From NCBI RefSeq assembly GCF_006345805.1, contig NC_043002.1, positions 93,124,001 through 93,188,000 on the forward strand: a DNA stretch of 64,000 nucleotides, in the 5' to 3' direction. This document shows, piece by piece, positions 39,827 through 51,795 of this stretch. The translations under genes were made by a program, and so were the position numbers. The first letter of the stretch is position 1. Each line of letters starts with the position of its first letter. The notes under the pieces are model-generated. The model was not told the DNA's origin and ran no database searches. It saw only the letters and a list, made by a program, of their open reading frames with translations. The DNA comes from Octopus sinensis. Its lineage: Eukaryota.

Positions 39827-40561
39827 GTAAGAGATTTTGTTCACCACTTTGTAATTTGTACATGTGTTTGACTGCTTGAATTCAATATAGAACCATGCAG
39901 AGAAAGAGTTTTTTTTTTTTCCATTTATATGTAGACGTGGCCATATGATTTAGAAGCTTGCTTTGCAATCATGGTTTTTTGGTTCAGTTCCACTGCATAG
40001 CACCTTCTACTGTTGCCCTAGGTTGACCAATGTCTTCTGAGTGAATTCAGTAGACAAAAACTTTGTAGAAGCTTATTGTGTGTGTGTCTGTGCTTGTCAT
40101 CTTCTTCCACTGCTTAATAACTGGTGTTGGTTTGTTTATGTCCCTGTAACTTAGCTGTTGAGCAAAAGACAGTGATGGAATACCAGGCTTTACAAAACAA
40201 AATGCATAGGTACTTGGGTCAATTTGTTCAAGTAAAACCCTTCAAGATAATGCCCCAGCATGGTTGTAATCCAGTGACTGAAACAAATAAAAGATAAAAG
40301 CTTATATTATTTTGGACACGGAGCCCTATGTAGACAAGAAAGTAACTGAATGATAAATTGTCACTGAGACCCATTTTCAACATTAGCATAATATAGCATT
40401 GGTTTTACTTGTCAAGTTTATATAACTTCTGACGTTTTCACTGAAGTATTTACTTACTGACTAAGGTGTCAAAGTATCTAATTAAAGCTAATTAAGATGT
40501 TAATCCAATAAGTATGGGATGACTTTTTCCCTTTGTTGATCTTTATTTATTAAGTAAATAA

Positions 40562-41175
40562 TCATCATCATCGTCATCATCATTTAACATCTGCTTTCCA
40601 TGCTGGCATGGGTTGGTGAGTTTGACTGAGGACTGGTAAGCCAGGAGGCTGCTCCAGGCTCCAATCTGATCTGGCAAGGTTTCTGCAACTGGATGCTCTT
40701 CCTAGCACCAGCCACTCCAAGTGTGTTGTGGGTGCTTTTTGCATGCCACTGGTATAGGAGCCAGTCAGGCGGCACTGGCATCGACCACTTTCTAATGGTG
40801 CTTTTTACATTCCACTGGCACAGGTGCCAATCAAGTGGCACTTGCATCTGTTACACTTGAATAGTGCTTTTTATGTGCCACTGGCATGGGAGCCATCAGG
40901 CGGCACTGACATCCTCCATGTTCGAATGGTACTTTTTACATGCCACTGGCACAGGTGCCAATCAAGTGGCACTTGCATCTGTTACACTTGAATAGTGCTT
41001 TTTATGTGCCACTGGCATGGGAGCCATCAGGCGGCACTGACATCCTCCATGTTCGAATGGTACTTTTTACATGCCACTGGCACAGGTGCCAATCAAGTGG
41101 CACTTGCATCTGTTACACTTGAATAGTGCTTTTTATGTGCCACCGGCACTGGAGCCAGTCAGGCGGCACTGACAT
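40562..41175 (-). mobile_element. RTE 3'-UTR-type element with a higher-order tandem repeat of about 130 bp
   Basis: (cat)n tail. ccactggcacagg recurs at about 40812, 40943 and 41074. Confidence 0.8.
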
Positions 41176-41240
41176 AATGTAAAGAGAAAATATATATAGT
41201 TATTAAAAACTTTAGATCTAGGATTGTATGTTTAACGTTA

Positions 41241-41742
41241 ACTAGCACTATGACCCGGTGTTGCCGGGTCTAGTGCTAGCCAAGCATATTTGGTCTTTCA
41301 TGAAAATCCCGCTCTCTTGTCATTCACTTGGTCTAACTCGTTAATTATTCCCTGTATTTCTCAAATCAAAAAAGCATGCATGTTTGAAAGCCAGAACACA
41401 TAAGACTTCTTTGCAAAACACAAAAATGTGCTGAGTCGTACAGACTCTCTGCAAATGTGCATGCGCATTCAACTGTCAAGGGTAAAATTATCTCCATCAA
41501 AAAACAGCTGACAGTCTATTGGCATATCTAGCAGTACACACGCACCATGTACAAATTTCTCTGTTTTATCGATTTTTTTAATGGCTTTCTGGGGTGACTG
41601 GGGAAATGAAAAGATCTTCACGACCACTCTCAGACAGTTTTGAAAGCCCATAGAAAATGCGAGCCTTTTATGTGAAAAACTGTGGATTTGTATAAAGGAC
41701 ACACAGATAAACAGACATTTTGCTGTTTATAGATATAGAGAT
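41241..41742 (+). mobile_element. Non-autonomous Helitron/Helentron-like element
   Basis: Terminal hairpin actagcactatgacccgg...ccgggtctagtgctag and end ttatagatatagagat. No TSD seen. Confidence 0.5.
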
Positions 41743-42117
41743 TTGAGAAGTATGGTATGTGTATGTTTAATCCTTTAGCATTCTGATTACCCTGACAAAT
41801 GTAATACTTCTTTATTCACATTGTTTTGAATTAATAAATACATTCTCTTGTAGCTTCAAGATCTCAATGATGGGGTTGTTTATTTTCACAATTATATTGT
41901 AGCTTTGGTGTGCTGTGGCCAGTTTAAATGCTAAAGGGTTAAAATGTTGGACTTGAAATTGAAGCCTACCAAAAACATTGTGTTGTTTAGATATATTATC
42001 ATGTGATCTAGATGAATAGTTTCATTCTTGCAAATTTGAGATACAGGCTAAAAGTATTTCAATGTCCTTTTTTTCTCTGTTGTTGTCATCTTTGTAAATT
42101 GCAGACTGATATTTCAG

Positions 42118-42294
42118 GCTGAAGCTTCTGAGAAGAAACGAATGGCTGAGAGAGAGAAAATTGAAAAGTTGAAAAGTCAACAGCGGCAGCAGGGCCAGAG
42201 ACGAGAAATTTGGGTTGCTCCCGATGGTACTAGTCATGAAGATAAACTGGAAGACTCATATGAGGAGGATCTATCCAAATTGCCACTGGATAAA
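42118..42294 (+). CDS. SMG6: SMG6 exon AEASEKKRMAERE...RREIWVAPDG...LSKLPLDK
   Basis: tttcag acceptor and gttagt donor, phase 0-0. AE..EKK and EIW..P align with the human sequence. Confidence 0.88.
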
Positions 42295-42369
42295 GTTAGT
42301 AATACAGAATATTTATTATTATCATTATTATTATTATTATCATTATTATTATTATTATCATTATTATTA

Positions 42370-42825
42370 AGGTGGTGAGCTGGCAGAATCATTAGCATGC
42401 TGGGCAAAGTACTTAGCAGCATTTTATCTGTCCTTATGTTCTGAGTTCAAATTCCACTGAGGTTGACTTCGCCTTTCATCCTTTCAGGGTCGATAAATTA
42501 AGTACCAGTGAAACACTGGGGTCGATGTAATTGACCTAATCCATTCTCCCAAAGTTTCAGACTTTGTGCCTTTAGTAGAAAGGATTATTATTATCGTTAT
42601 TATTAAGGCGGCAAGCTGGTAGAATTGTTAACATGCTGGACAAAATGCTTAGTGGTATTTCGCCCATCGCTACATTCTGAGTTCAAATTCTGCCAAGCTC
42701 ACCTTTGCCTTTCATCCTTTTGGAGTTGATGAATTAAGTATCAGTGAAACACTGGGGTTAATGTAATCGTCTAGTCCCCTCTCCCAAAATTTCAGGCCTT
42801 GTGCCTAAAGTAGAAAGGATTATTC
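42370..42825 (+). mobile_element. Tandem pair of Nin-domain-like SINEs (family B) with (ATT)n flanks
   Basis: Two successive aaggYggYRagctgg...gagttcaaattc...cctttcatcc units. Confidence 0.75.
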
Positions 42826-44434
42826 TTACTGTTATTATTGCCATACCAAGAACTACCACATCTGATATATCTTTTATTTATGGTAGGATGAGATTTAGGA
42901 AAATTTAGCAATTGAAGCAACTGCTTAGAGCAGGTATGGTCAACTTTTTAAGAAGTGAGCTGCATGTGATATGATTCATCATCAGGCAGGCTGCGCAACT
43001 GAAATGATTCATGATAACTTTTTGTTAGGCATGCCATTCAGAAAGTTTTTCTCATTTAAGAAGCCTTTTTCATTTAAAAGCCTCTTTTGCTTTTATTTGA
43101 GGAAATAGCTAGTCTTAGTCTTTGTAGCCAACATTTTAAAAACTACAGTAAGCATTAATTCTTATATCATGCTTTTTTTTGAGTTTTTATTTCATATGTT
43201 ATTTATAAAATATCAATGTTTCTAAAGAAGTTGGAGTAAAACAGGTTTTGTATTTGCCAATTTTTTTTTTCTTATCTGAAAATAAGGCAGTAATGAAGAA
43301 AAGCTTAGTGTTTAGTATATTTGGCTCACAATTGTAAAGCTGTGAGTTCGATTCCCAGTGGTGCTTTGTGTCCTCAAGCAGTATACTTTGTTTCACCTTG
43401 CTCTAATCCACTGAGTTGGCAAATATGAACTGTACCTGTAATTCAAAGGGTCAGCTGTGTCACATTTGGTGTGTCACACTGAATCTCCACAAGAACTACA
43501 TTAAGGGTACATGTGTCTGTAGAGTGTTCAGCCACTTGCAAGTTAATTCCATGAGCAGGCTGTTTAGTTGATCAAATTAACTGTAGTACTTGTTGTAACC
43601 AATGGAGTGCCCCAGCCAGTTTGTACACATTTATTTATCAAAAATCAAAATCAAATTCGATGACTGGCGTCCGTGCTAGCGGGGTGCAAAGAGCACCATA
43701 CGAGTGTGATCATTGACAGAGCGGCTAACCGGCTTCTGTGCCAGTGGCACATAAAAGGCACCATTCGAGTGTGATCGTTACCAGTGTCACACTACTGGCA
43801 CTCGAGCCCCATGCCAGTAGGGTATTAAGAGCACCATCCGAGCGTGATCGTTGCCAGAGTGGCTATCTGGCCTCCATGCCGGTGGCATGTAAAAAGGGCA
43901 CCATTCGAGCGTGATCGTTACCAGCATTGCCTTACTGGCACCCGCACTGGTGGCATGTGTAAAAGATTCGAGCGAGGTCGTTGCCAGTACTGCCTGACTG
44001 GCACGTAAAAGCACTCACTACACTCTCGGAGTGGTTGGCATTAGGAAGGGCATCCAGCTGTAGAAACTCTGCCAGATCAAGATTGAAGCCTGGTACAGCC
44101 ATCTGGTTCGCCACCCCTCAGTCACACGTCCAACCCATGCTAGCATGGAAAGCGGACGTTAAACAATGATGATGATGATGATGATGATTGAGTAGTTAGG
44201 GTTCTGTCAATATAGCTTGAATAGCAGTCAAGAGGCATTCTTCATTAGCTTTTTTCATTGCTAGTCATACTGTACATTAAGGATTCTTGCCAAATACATT
44301 ACCTTGGTTATTTTATTAATTTGTAAAACATGTACTATAAAGCAGTATCTACAAAATTCATTCAGTTTGAAATTAATTCACTGCAGTTAAATATTTGTAA
44401 ACAAATTACTCAATTTACTGTTTATTCTTTACAG

Positions 44435-44496
44435 CTAAATCGAAGATTTGTTCAAAGTTTTTTAAATGTACATGGTAAACTCTTTACTAAAATAGG
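44435..44496 (+). CDS. SMG6: SMG6 exon LNRRFVQSFLNVHGKLFTKIG
   Basis: ttacag acceptor and gtaagt donor. Matches human LNKRFILSFLHAHGKLFTRIG. Confidence 0.95.
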
Positions 44497-44881
44497 GTAA
44501 GTGAAATATCTACATTTTCATTTTAAAGACAAGATATTACATAAGTGCTATTTAGGCTTGAATTTTCTTAACTCATTAACTTTCTTAAACATAATCAACC
44601 AGCAATTTAACTGAACTGATTTACTAACACATAATTTTAATTAGATTTTAAAAGTATTTAAATGTTACTTATTGTTTAAAATGCTTATCCCTCACTGGGT
44701 TTAGCAGAATTAAATATTGTAGATGGTTTCTGCTCAGCTCATTAAAGATTAATCTTACATTCTCCATCTTGACTTGTGTTTAGTATTAGAATATTCTTAT
44801 TTTGGTTGGTGTAGGAATAGAACTAGTCATTGCCAGTTGGAAATCCACAAATCTTTGTCTAATTTCAAATTTTTTGTTAAG

Positions 44882-44919
<38 letters not shown>

Positions 44920-45093
44920 TTCTGTCTTACTATGTGCTTAAGGTATCGCATATGAATCAAATTTTTTTCTATTGACACAGTAAGCTGAACTGAGAAAAAG
45001 GCTAATTGATGAAATTATTTAAATTTAGTAACATTTGTTGATGTCTCAGAATGAAAATTTTATGACAAATTTTTGTCTATTTTATATTCCTCA

Positions 45094-45133
<40 letters not shown>

Positions 45134-45713
45134 TTTCTCCCCCCTCTCTCTCTATATATAATCATCATTTAACATCTGTTGTCCATGCTGGCATGGGTTG
45201 GATGGTTTGACTGGGCTGGCATGCTGGAAGGCTACACCAGACTCCAGTCTGATTTGGCATGGTTTTCTACAGCTAATGCCAATCACTCCAAGAGTGCAAT
45301 GGGTGCTTTTATGTGCCACTGGCATGGGTGCCATTTGTGTGACACTCAAGTGCATTTACGTGCCACCAGCACAGGTGCCAATTTGCGTGACACCGGTATC
45401 TGCCACAACTGCAATTTTGCTTGGCTTGATGGGTCTTCTTCTCAAGCACAACATAATGCCAAAGGTGTTGGTCATTGCCTTCATGAGGCCCAACATATAT
45501 ATATATATATATAAAATTATTACATTATATAAAAGGGCTTAGTAAAATAAATTACTTTGCCACATACTGAACTCATTAGAAATAGTAGCTAAAAAAACTT
45601 TTTTAAAACTATTTCTAATACTTAAAGAAAACCTCTCTCATATAGTGTTTGCTCAATTCAACTCACGAAAGTATGGGGGTAAAGACATTAAAAAATCAAA
45701 TGCAAAGGTTATT

Positions 45714-45765
45714 TGAGAACGTACGTTTCTAGATTAGTCAACTCGACATTTCTATCATCAGCTCA
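45714..45765 (-). ncRNA. Type I hammerhead ribozyme motif, copy 1 (best paired)
   Basis: Minus strand reads UGAG-CUGAUGA-UAGA aau GUCGA g UUGAC uaa UCUA-GAA-A CGUACG U-U-CUCA. Intact core, stem I UGAG/CUCA, palindromic stem III. Confidence 0.7.
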
Positions 45766-46269
45766 GAACTCCTTGGTTTGGATTTGAAAACACTGAAAGT
45801 GGGAGCATACCTTTCGGCTTCTTATCGCTTCTGAAGATCTGCTCGAAACTAACAGTGCCAGCAAACTCAAATATGCAAGCGAAGAATTTCTGCTCTCCCC
45901 TTCCACCAGCGTGGGTTAAAATCAGCAAACACTATGCTTTTTCGGTAAAATCCGAGGCATTAAATAGAGAGAGATGAATTATAATTTCAACAATTGAGGG
46001 TAAAATTAATTAATTATTAATCAATTTCACCAAGTATTCAGTATGCAAAGGACCATTTAAGGCGAATTCAAATTATTACATTATATAAAAGGGCTTAGTA
46101 AAATAAATTACTTTGCCTCATACTGAACTCATTAGAAATAGTAGCTAAAAAAACTTTTTTAAAACTATTTCTAATACTTAAAGAAAACCTCTCTCATATA
46201 GTGTTTGCTCAATTCAACTCACGAAAGTATGGGGGTAAAGACATTAAAAAATCAAATGCAAAGGTTATT

Positions 46270-46321
46270 TGAGAACGTACGTTTCAAGATTAGTCAACTC
46301 GACATTTCTATCATCAGCTCA
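46270..46321 (-). ncRNA. Type I hammerhead motif, copy 2
   Basis: Same as copy 1 but with a U-U mismatch at the base of stem II. Confidence 0.6.
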
Positions 46322-47003
46322 GAACTCCTTGGTTTGGATTTGAAAACACTGAAAGTGGGAGCATACCCTTTCGGCTTCTTATCGCTTCTGAAGATCTGCT
46401 CGAAACTAACAGTGCCAGCAAACTCAAATATGCAAGCGAAGAATTTCTGCTCTCCCCTTTCCACCAGCGTGGGTTAAAATCAGCAAACACTATGCTTTTT
46501 CGGTAAAATCCGAGGCATTAAATAGAGAGAGATGAATTATAATTTCAACAATTGAGGGTAAAATTAATTAATTATTAATCAATTTCACCAAGTATTCAGT
46601 ATGCAAAGGGACCATTTAAGGCGAATTCAAATTATTGCATTATATAAAAGGGCTTAGTAAAATAAATTACTTTGCCGCATACTGAACTCATTAGAAATAG
46701 TAGCTAAAAAAACTTTTTTAAAACTATTTCTAATACTTAAAGAAAACCTCTCTCATATAGTGTTTGCTCAATTCAACTCACGAAAGTATGGGGGTAAAGA
46801 CATTTAATGCCTCGGATTTTACCGAAAAAGCATAGTGTTTGCTGATTTTAACCCACGCTGGTGGAAAGGGGAGAGCAGAAATTCTTCGCTTGCATATTTG
46901 AGTTTGCTGGCACTGTTAGTTTCGAGCAGATCTTCAGAAGCGATAAGAAGCCGAAAGGGTATGCTCCCACTTTCAGTGTTTTCAAATCCAAACCAAGGAG
47001 TTC

Positions 47004-47055
47004 TGAGCTGATGATAGAAATGTCGAGTCGACTAATCTTGAAACGTACGTTCTCA
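47004..47055 (+). ncRNA. Type I hammerhead motif, copy 3 (SMG6 sense strand)
   Basis: tgag ctgatga tagaaatgtcgagtcgactaatctt gaaa cgtacgt t ctca. Confidence 0.6.
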
Positions 47056-47561
47056 AATAACCTTTGCATTTGATTTTTTAATGTCTTTACCCCCATACTT
47101 TCGTGAGTTGAATTGAGCAAACACTATATGAGAGAGGTTTTCTTTAAGTATTAGAAATAGTTTTAAAAAAGTTTTTTTAGCTACTATTTCTAATGAGTTC
47201 AGTATGCGGCAAAGTAATTTATTTTACTAAGCCCTTTTATATAATGTAATAATTTGAATTCGCCTTAAATGGTCCCTTTGCATACTGAATACTTGGTGAA
47301 ATTGATTAATAATTAATTAATTTTACCCTCAATTGTTGAAATTATAATTCATCTCTCTCTATTTAATGCCTCAGATTTTACCGAAAAAGCATAGTGTTTG
47401 CTGATTTTAACCCACGCTGGTGGAAAGGGGAGAGCAGAAATTCTTCGCTTGCATATTTGAGTTTGCTGGCACTGTTAGTTTCGAGCAGATCTTCAGAAGC
47501 GATAAGAAGCCGAAAGGGTATGCTCCCACTTTCAGTGTTTTCAAATCCAACCAAGGAGTTC

Positions 47562-47613
47562 TGAGCTGATGATAGAAATGTCGAGTTGACTAATCTTGAA
47601 ACGTACGTTCTCA
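47562..47613 (+). ncRNA. Type I hammerhead motif, copy 4 (SMG6 sense strand)
   Basis: tgag ctgatga tagaaatgtcgagttgactaatctt gaaa cgtacgt t ctca. Confidence 0.6.
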
Positions 47614-47896
47614 AATAACCTTTGCATTTGATTTTTTAATGTCTTTACCCCCATACTTTCGTGAGTTGAATTGAGCAAACACTATATGAGAGAGGTTTTC
47701 TTTAAGTATTAGAAATAGTTTTAAAAAAGTTTTTTTAGCTACTATTTCTAATGAGTTCAGTATGCGGCAAAGTAATTTATTTTACTAAGCCCTTTTATAT
47801 AATGTAATAATTTGAATTCGCCTTAAATGGTCCCTTTGCATACTGAATACTTGGTGAAATTGATTAATAATTAATTAATTTTACCCTCAATTGTTG

Positions 47897-47939
<43 letters not shown>

Positions 47940-47940
<1 letters not shown>

Positions 47941-49447
47941 AGAAAACCATCCGAAAGTGGCCGTAGCCAGTACCGCATCGACTGGCCTCCGTGCTGTGGG
48001 CACATGACAAACACCATCCGATCGTGGCCGTTCGCCAGCCTCATCTAGCACCTGTGTCGGTGGCACATAAAAACACCATCCGAAGACCCGGCAAGACTAG
48101 TCAGGCCATAACCCATGGCCCCTACCTGGACGTAGTCAGTCCACCTGTGCATACCTTCCTTCTTGTGACACTTGTGAAGACCTGTTGAGGCAAGTGAAAA
48201 TCAAATCAAAACAAATCAAAATAGATGAACATCAATGGAATCTGTATCTTTGTGGTACCAGTGCCGGTGGCACACACTTTGTGGTACCAGTGCCGGTGGC
48301 ACACAAGAGAACCATCCGAACGTGGCCGTAGCCAGTTCCGCATCGACCGGCCTCCGTGCTGTGGGCACGTAACAAACACCATCCGATCATGGCCGTTCGC
48401 CAGCCTCATCTGGCACCTGTGTCGGTGGCACATAAAAACACCTTCCGAAGACCGGCAAGACTAGTCAGTCCACCTGTGCATACCTTCCTTCTTGTGACAC
48501 TTGTGAAGACCGGTTGAGGCAAGTGAAAATCAAATCAAATCAAAATAGACAAAATAGATGAACATCAATGGAATTTATCTTGTGGTACCAGTGCCTGTGG
48601 GACACAAGAAATCCATCAGTGCCGTAGTCAGTGCGGTGGGCACATGACAAACACCATCCGATCGTGGCCGTTCGCCAGCCTCATCTAGCACCTGTGTCGG
48701 TGGCACATAAAAACACCATCCGAAGACCCGGCAAGACTAGTCAGGCCATAACCATGGCCCCTACCTGGGACGTAGTCAGTCCACCTGTGCATACCTTCCT
48801 TCTTGTGACACTTGTGAAGACCTGTTGAGGCAAGTGAAAATCAAAACAAATCAAAATAGATGAACATCATGGAATTTGTATCTTTGTGGTACCAGTGCCG
48901 GTGGCACGTGGCACATAAGAAAACCATCCGAACGTGGCCGTAGCCAGTACCGCATCGACTGGCCTCCGTGCTGTGGGCACGTAACAAGCACCATCCGATC
49001 GTGGCCGTTTGCCAGCCTCATCTGGCACCTGTGTCGGTGGCACATAAAAACACCATCCGAGCGTGGCCGTCTGCCAGCCTCGTCTGGCACCTGTGTCGGT
49101 GGCACATAAAAAAACCATCCGAGCGTGGCCGTCTGCCAGCCTCGTCTGGCACCTGTGTCGGTGGCACATAAAAAACACCATCCGAGCGTGGCCGTCTGCC
49201 AGCCTCGTCTGGCACCTGTGTCGGTGGCACATAAAAAACACCATCCGAGCGTGGCCGTTTGCCAGCCTCGTCTGGCACCTGTGTCGGTGGCACATAAAAT
49301 CACCCACTACACTCTCGGAGTGGTTGGCGTTAGGAAGGGCATCCAGCTGTAGAAACACTGCCAGATCTGACTGGATGGTGCAGCTTTCGGGCTCCCAGAC
49401 CCCAGTTGAACCGTCCAACCCATGCTAGCATGGAAAGCGGACGTTAA

Positions 49448-49488
<41 letters not shown>
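47940..49488 (+). mobile_element. RTE 3'-UTR-type element with three internal duplications of about 300-365 bp, a 61-62 bp minisatellite and a long (GAT)n tail
   Basis: cgaagacc(c)ggcaagactagtcag at about 48081, 48446 and 48721. Near-perfect 61-62-mers at 49020-49295. (gat)n at 49449-49488. Confidence 0.85.
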
Positions 49489-49489
<1 letters not shown>

Positions 49490-50126
49490 TGATATATATA
49501 TCCTCTCTACAATACGATCTGTTCATTAACTCATACATCCTTGACACATTCTTCATTCCACTTCCTTCTCTCCCTTCTTCATGATCCTAGTAACCCACCT
49601 GGGGGTTGATCCTAGCAACTTGACTAAAAAAGTTGTAAGGTCTGAAATTAAATTACTTACTTGGGGAAGAAAGAAGACAGCTAAGCAGAATACCACATTG
49701 CTAGAAGAGAAGCTTGATGATAAGTTTATATTATGTGGGGAGAAGCTAGAAAGAGAAGGCTTACTGGTGTTCAGCACTGAATGAATGAGAGATTTGAGGT
49801 GTTTCAAATTGCAAGGCAGTGTGCCAAGATGAACTAAGATGTTGGAGGCAAAAGTGTGTCCAAAATGATAGTGGTATACTTTGCATAACTTAACTAGAAG
49901 AAAGAGTCCTAGAGATGTCACTACCAGAGATTTCTTCTAATTAAACAGTTATGGAAAGTGTACCACTATCATTTTTAGCATCTCAGCAACTATACCAGCT
50001 GCACAAATTGCTTTCCTTGACTTCATAGCCTTAACGGTCGTTTAAACCATTCGCCTCAATAGCTGGCTCTTTTGTTAGGCAAGCTTTGAGATAATCCTCT
50101 TCCTTCTAACACATTTTCCACATTCA

Positions 50127-51370
50127 AATGGTTCAAATGACCATTAAGGCTATGAAGTCACGGAAAGCAGTTTGTGCAGCTGATATAGTCACTGAGATGC
50201 TAAAAATATCTGGTGAAATAAGACGCAAGCTAGTCACTCTCAAGTCAACCAACTCATACAAGGAAATGTCAAACTTAAATGCTGGTGCAGCAATATACTC
50301 ATCAATTGTTACAAGGGCAGAGGAAATAGTCTTGAAAGAAGCAACACAGAGCAACTGATGAACTAAACTATATAAGTAACAAAAAGTGTCTTAGCACAAT
50401 CGATTAGGAGATAATATTATCTAAAGATAAGATTCAGTTTGGTTATGTCCTTGACTGGAAGAGCACTGATGTTCTCTTTGTAGATAACTGTAAGAGGAGG
50501 TCCTAGCCAAGAGAAAGCCCCTCTACCTATTATTTGTTGGTCTAGAGAAGCACCACAGTCTAAAGCCTGGTGGTCACTAAGGAAACAAAAGTATTGAAGA
50601 ATGGCTGATGAGAGCTGTGCAAGCCATATATAGAAATGCAGTCAGTAAAGAAAGTGAGGGTTGGAAATGATTTCAGTGAAGAATCTGGAGTGCAAGGAGG
50701 TATCCACCAGAGTTCAGTTCTTAGTCTCTTTCTGTTTTTTATTGTCTTCAAGTGGAGTTTAAAACCAGATGCCCATGAAAGCTGATGACCTAGTTTTTAG
50801 AGCAGAGACTGAGAAATTTAGAGAAAATATTCCAGATGTTGAAACAAAACCCAGAATCAAGATACCTCGGAGTAATCTTTGGAATGATTAAAGTTTTAGT
50901 AAATAGGAAAGAGGACGGGACACTGGTACAATTGGGGAAATGATCAAGGTTAATATGCAGAAAAGAAGTAGGTAGAAATTCCATGTACCTTATCTGATCT
51001 GTGAGTGCACAAGAGGTGTAGTGGAATCAATGGTACTGTAGGCTGACAGTGAATAGACTTTTTCTGTGGTAAGCATGCTGGAGTAGTGAACCATTAGAAC
51101 AAGTAAAGTAAATTTCTTGCAGTGCTTAGAGGGCTCTAGACAGTGTACTAAAAGAGTAGTGGCCAGAATTAGAAAAGGGTGGAAAAAATTCAGGGAGCTG
51201 TTACCTCTACTGAGTAAGAGGTTCCCTCTCCCAGTAAAGGGCATATTGTACAGTGCATGAATACAACCTCTGATAATGTATGGTAGTGAAACGTGGACAA
51301 TGAATTCAGAGGATGTGCAAAGTTGGAAAGAAATGAGGTGAGCTTGATCCACTGGATGTGTGATGTTACT
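50127..51370 (+). mobile_element. Degenerate RTE LINE reverse transcriptase region
   Basis: KAMKSRKAVCAADIVTEMLK, GIHQSSVLSLFLF, ADDLV, FRELLPLL and MYGSETWT, with frameshifts and stops. Confidence 0.75.
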
Positions 51371-51649
51371 CTGCAAGAACAAGGCTTATTTTGAAAAGTT
51401 TGGTATTTATTTTCAAATGACTTGTTGATCAAATGCTTATTTATAGTTATATATTACCTATCCAAGCACACTTTCAATCTCAATGATCTTAGATAAAGAC
51501 CAAATTCATCATTTTCTCATTTTTCTTTTTAATCCCAAGCATTATTCCAGTATACATCTGTTGAACAAACATTATCCCTTTGTGATATAACCTTACAATT
51601 TAAAACAAATTTCACAACTTATTGTATTTTCATGATTCTCTTTTTGCAG

Positions 51650-51795
51650 AATGGAAACTTTCCAAGAGATGTGTTCTCAAATGTTACGCGAGTTCCATAC
51701 ATTATTGCAGCAAGCACACCCTACCATTACCAATGTCCGTATTCTTCAGCTAATGGCCATCAATATGTTTACTATTGAGAATACAACACTCAAAG
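51650..51795 (+). CDS. SMG6: SMG6 exon METFQEMCSQMLREFHTLLQ...LQLMAINMFTIENTTLK, ending at a GC donor
   Basis: tttgcag acceptor. Matches human METF...LQLMTINMF...QLK. The phase-1 end at AAAG|GCAATG is required to join the next exon. Confidence 0.9.

Larger units (their letters stand above)
45514..47904. mobile_element. Tandem plus inverted array of a 556-559 bp unit carrying hammerhead motifs (Penelope pLTR/retrozyme-like)
   Basis: Units start at 45514, 46070 and 46629 (truncated at about 46804). About 2 inverted units follow (46802-47904). (TA)n flanks both sides. Confidence 0.85.

Noticed and set aside
45826-45862. Second hammerhead-like string CTGAAGA-tctgctc-GAAA-ctaacagt on the opposite strand of the unit
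   Set aside because: Stem II cannot pair, the cleavage position would be G, and stem I is poor.
46205-47120. 90-aa ORFs (MLNSTHESMGVKT...) in the 556-bp repeat as a protein gene
   Set aside because: No recognisable domain, frameshifted in two of the four copies, and antisense to the hammerhead strand.
48851-49428. Overlapping repetitive ORFs (CATDTGARRGWQTATLGW...)
   Set aside because: They result from a stop-poor minisatellite in a retroelement 3' UTR.
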